The translations under genes and the position numbers were made by a program. Below are positions 62,160 to 64,000 of a stretch of 64,000 bases of DNA, one piece after another (the stretch's first letter is position 1; each line of letters begins with the position of its first letter). The DNA is from the human T2T-CHM13v2.0 reference genome, Homo sapiens: assembly GCF_009914755.1 (NCBI RefSeq), contig NC_060940.1. One strand, written 5' to 3'. The notes beneath the pieces were generated by a model that was not told the origin of the DNA, did no database searches, and saw only the letters and a list, made by a program, of their open reading frames with translations.

Positions 62160-63085
62160 TTATGATAGTAACATCAGTTGGTATAACCATTTTGGAAGAC
62201 TTGATTTACATAGGATCAAATATAAGTATATCTGATCCCCTAGAAATTTCACTTCTGGCCAGGCGTGGTGGCTCATGCCTGTAATTCCAGCACTTTGGGA
62301 GGCCGAGGCAGGCAGATTGCTTGAGCCCGGGAGTTCAAGACCAGCTGGGCCAACATGGTGAAACCCTGTCTCTACAAAAATATTAGTCAGGCATAGTGGC
62401 GTATGCCTGTAGTCCTAGTTACTCGGGAGGCTGAAGCAGGAGGATCACCTGAGCCCAGGGAGGTCAAGGCTACAGTGAGCTGTGATTAGGTCCCTGCACT
62501 CCAGCTTGGGTGACAGAGTGAGACCCTGTCTCCAAAAAAAAAAAAAAAAAAAAAAAAGACCATTTTTAAGACTATGACTGGTCAAAATGTGCTCATACAT
62601 TTGCCAAAAGACAAGTACAAGAGTGTGTTTAGCAGCATTATTCATTATAACACACTGAATCATTATTCATGATTACTCAAGACATCTGGTAAACCACCCA
62701 GATATCTATCAGTGGTGGAATGGATAAATAAGTTGTAATAAATCCACACAAGAGGAGACTACTCACCAACAAGAATGAATGACTTAGAACTAAATTCAAC
62801 AATGTGGATTTATCTTACAGAGATGATGTTGAGAGAAAGGAGGAAGATACAGAGGAATGTATCCTATGTGATTATAGTTACAATGAGTTGACTAAAAAGC
62901 AAACTATTCCTATTAGAAGTCAGGGTAGAGGATGGATGGGAGCATGAAGTGTCCTCCGTCATGTTGCTAATGTTCTGTTGCTTGTTCAAGCTACTGGGTG
63001 TGTTCAGTTTATGAAAATTCATTTAATGACACATGTATGTTTTGTGAATTTTTTTGCATGTATATTTTACTCTAACAAAAAGTTC
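62160..63085 (+). mobile_element. L1ME-type 3' region, interrupted by an Alu
   Basis: ttggtataaccattttggaa...gaatggataaataagttgt...ttagaagtcagg.tag...gtgtgttcagtttatgaaaattcat. Confidence 0.7.
62257..62557 (+). mobile_element. AluJb-like SINE
   Basis: ggaggatcacctgagcccagggaggtcaaggctacagtgagc; A-tail of about 24. Confidence 0.93.
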
Positions 63086-64000
63086 ATGGACAAATACAAA
63101 ATCATATCTGACAGTTGTTGAGAGAATTAAAGGAAATAATAATAATATAAAGCACAATCAATGCATTCCATTTATTCTTCTGCTTTTCCCATCAATTCAT
63201 GTTACCCAGTCATTAATGCATACCCTCTGAGACCCCACCAAGCCATCTAGCCCTCAGCTGTGTCACTGGGCAGTTGTTTCTTCCACTGTGCAGTGTTTCG
63301 TTCTTAACCAACATGGCACCCCAGGTTCAGTGGTGAGAGTGTCACTGGCAACTTCTGAAATAACATCTCTGTTAGTTTGTGGAGTGGGCTAAATGGCCAG
63401 CCCTTCTACGAGCTCCCTCATGGTTGCGGGGGACTACCAATCACTCTCTACTTTTTTTTTTTTTTTTTAATAGGTCTTGTCATTTGTAAATGCAGAAGGA
63501 ACACTGAAAAAAAAAAATACTCTTGCCTTCTTCCATCTGTATTTTCTTTACTAAATTATCCAGTCTTATAAATATTTGAATAACATTTGGTCAGTATAAA
63601 ATCTTTCCTGTCAGCTCAGTACAAGAACACTTTTTGGCTCCTGAGACCACAACAGTCAGATAAATTAATATTGATTTGTTAGAAAATAGTTTTCACTCTG
63701 TCTAAACATCTTATTCTGGGCTCTTGAACCAAAATTATGAATTTAAAAGCAGCAAAATAGTTCTTCACAGTTTTCCCAGTGAAACTAATTATGGGCAGAT
63801 TGTGAGAAATGTGTTGGATGTGATTTCCAACATAGAGTTCTGCTAACCAAAATTCAGAGAAACTAGAGCCTCAGTCTCTGATTTATTTGAGCAAGTTGCA
63901 ATTTGGTAGACTGGAGAATTTATGTAAATAGTTTTTGCAGTTTCCATAGGGATAACTCAATACATTAATATCTCACGAATGGCAGAAGATGAAGGGGGAA

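Overview
Primate (human-like) nuclear DNA, intronic or intergenic. AluJ, AluS, AluY and THE1A elements imply a catarrhine or hominoid genome; I cannot name the locus or species with certainty. I found no intact protein-coding gene, RNA gene, CpG island or CRISPR array. The only gene-derived sequence is a decayed, full-length processed pseudogene of ribosomal protein S3 (about 3561-4392, + strand). The rest is about 35 Alu elements, MaLR/ERVL solo LTRs (THE1A, MLT1, MLT2), old L1M/L1P, L2 and MIR fragments, DNA-transposon fossils (MER5A, MER20B, MER63, Tigger3a), simple repeats and several repeat-free stretches that look like candidate enhancers. Nearly all ORFs in the supplied track are repeat-derived or random. 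I see no support for a new biological system. The most interesting items are small-scale: a CpG-rich THE1A LTR with a consensus DUX4 site, a local inverted duplication next to a hairpin-unit minisatellite, a ~50-bp orphan retrocopy, an uneven mutation pattern in the RPS3 pseudogene, a candidate 33-nt micro-exon and a homeodomain-site cluster. Repeat subfamily calls come from recalled consensus sequences, not a database search, and boundaries of old repeats are approximate.
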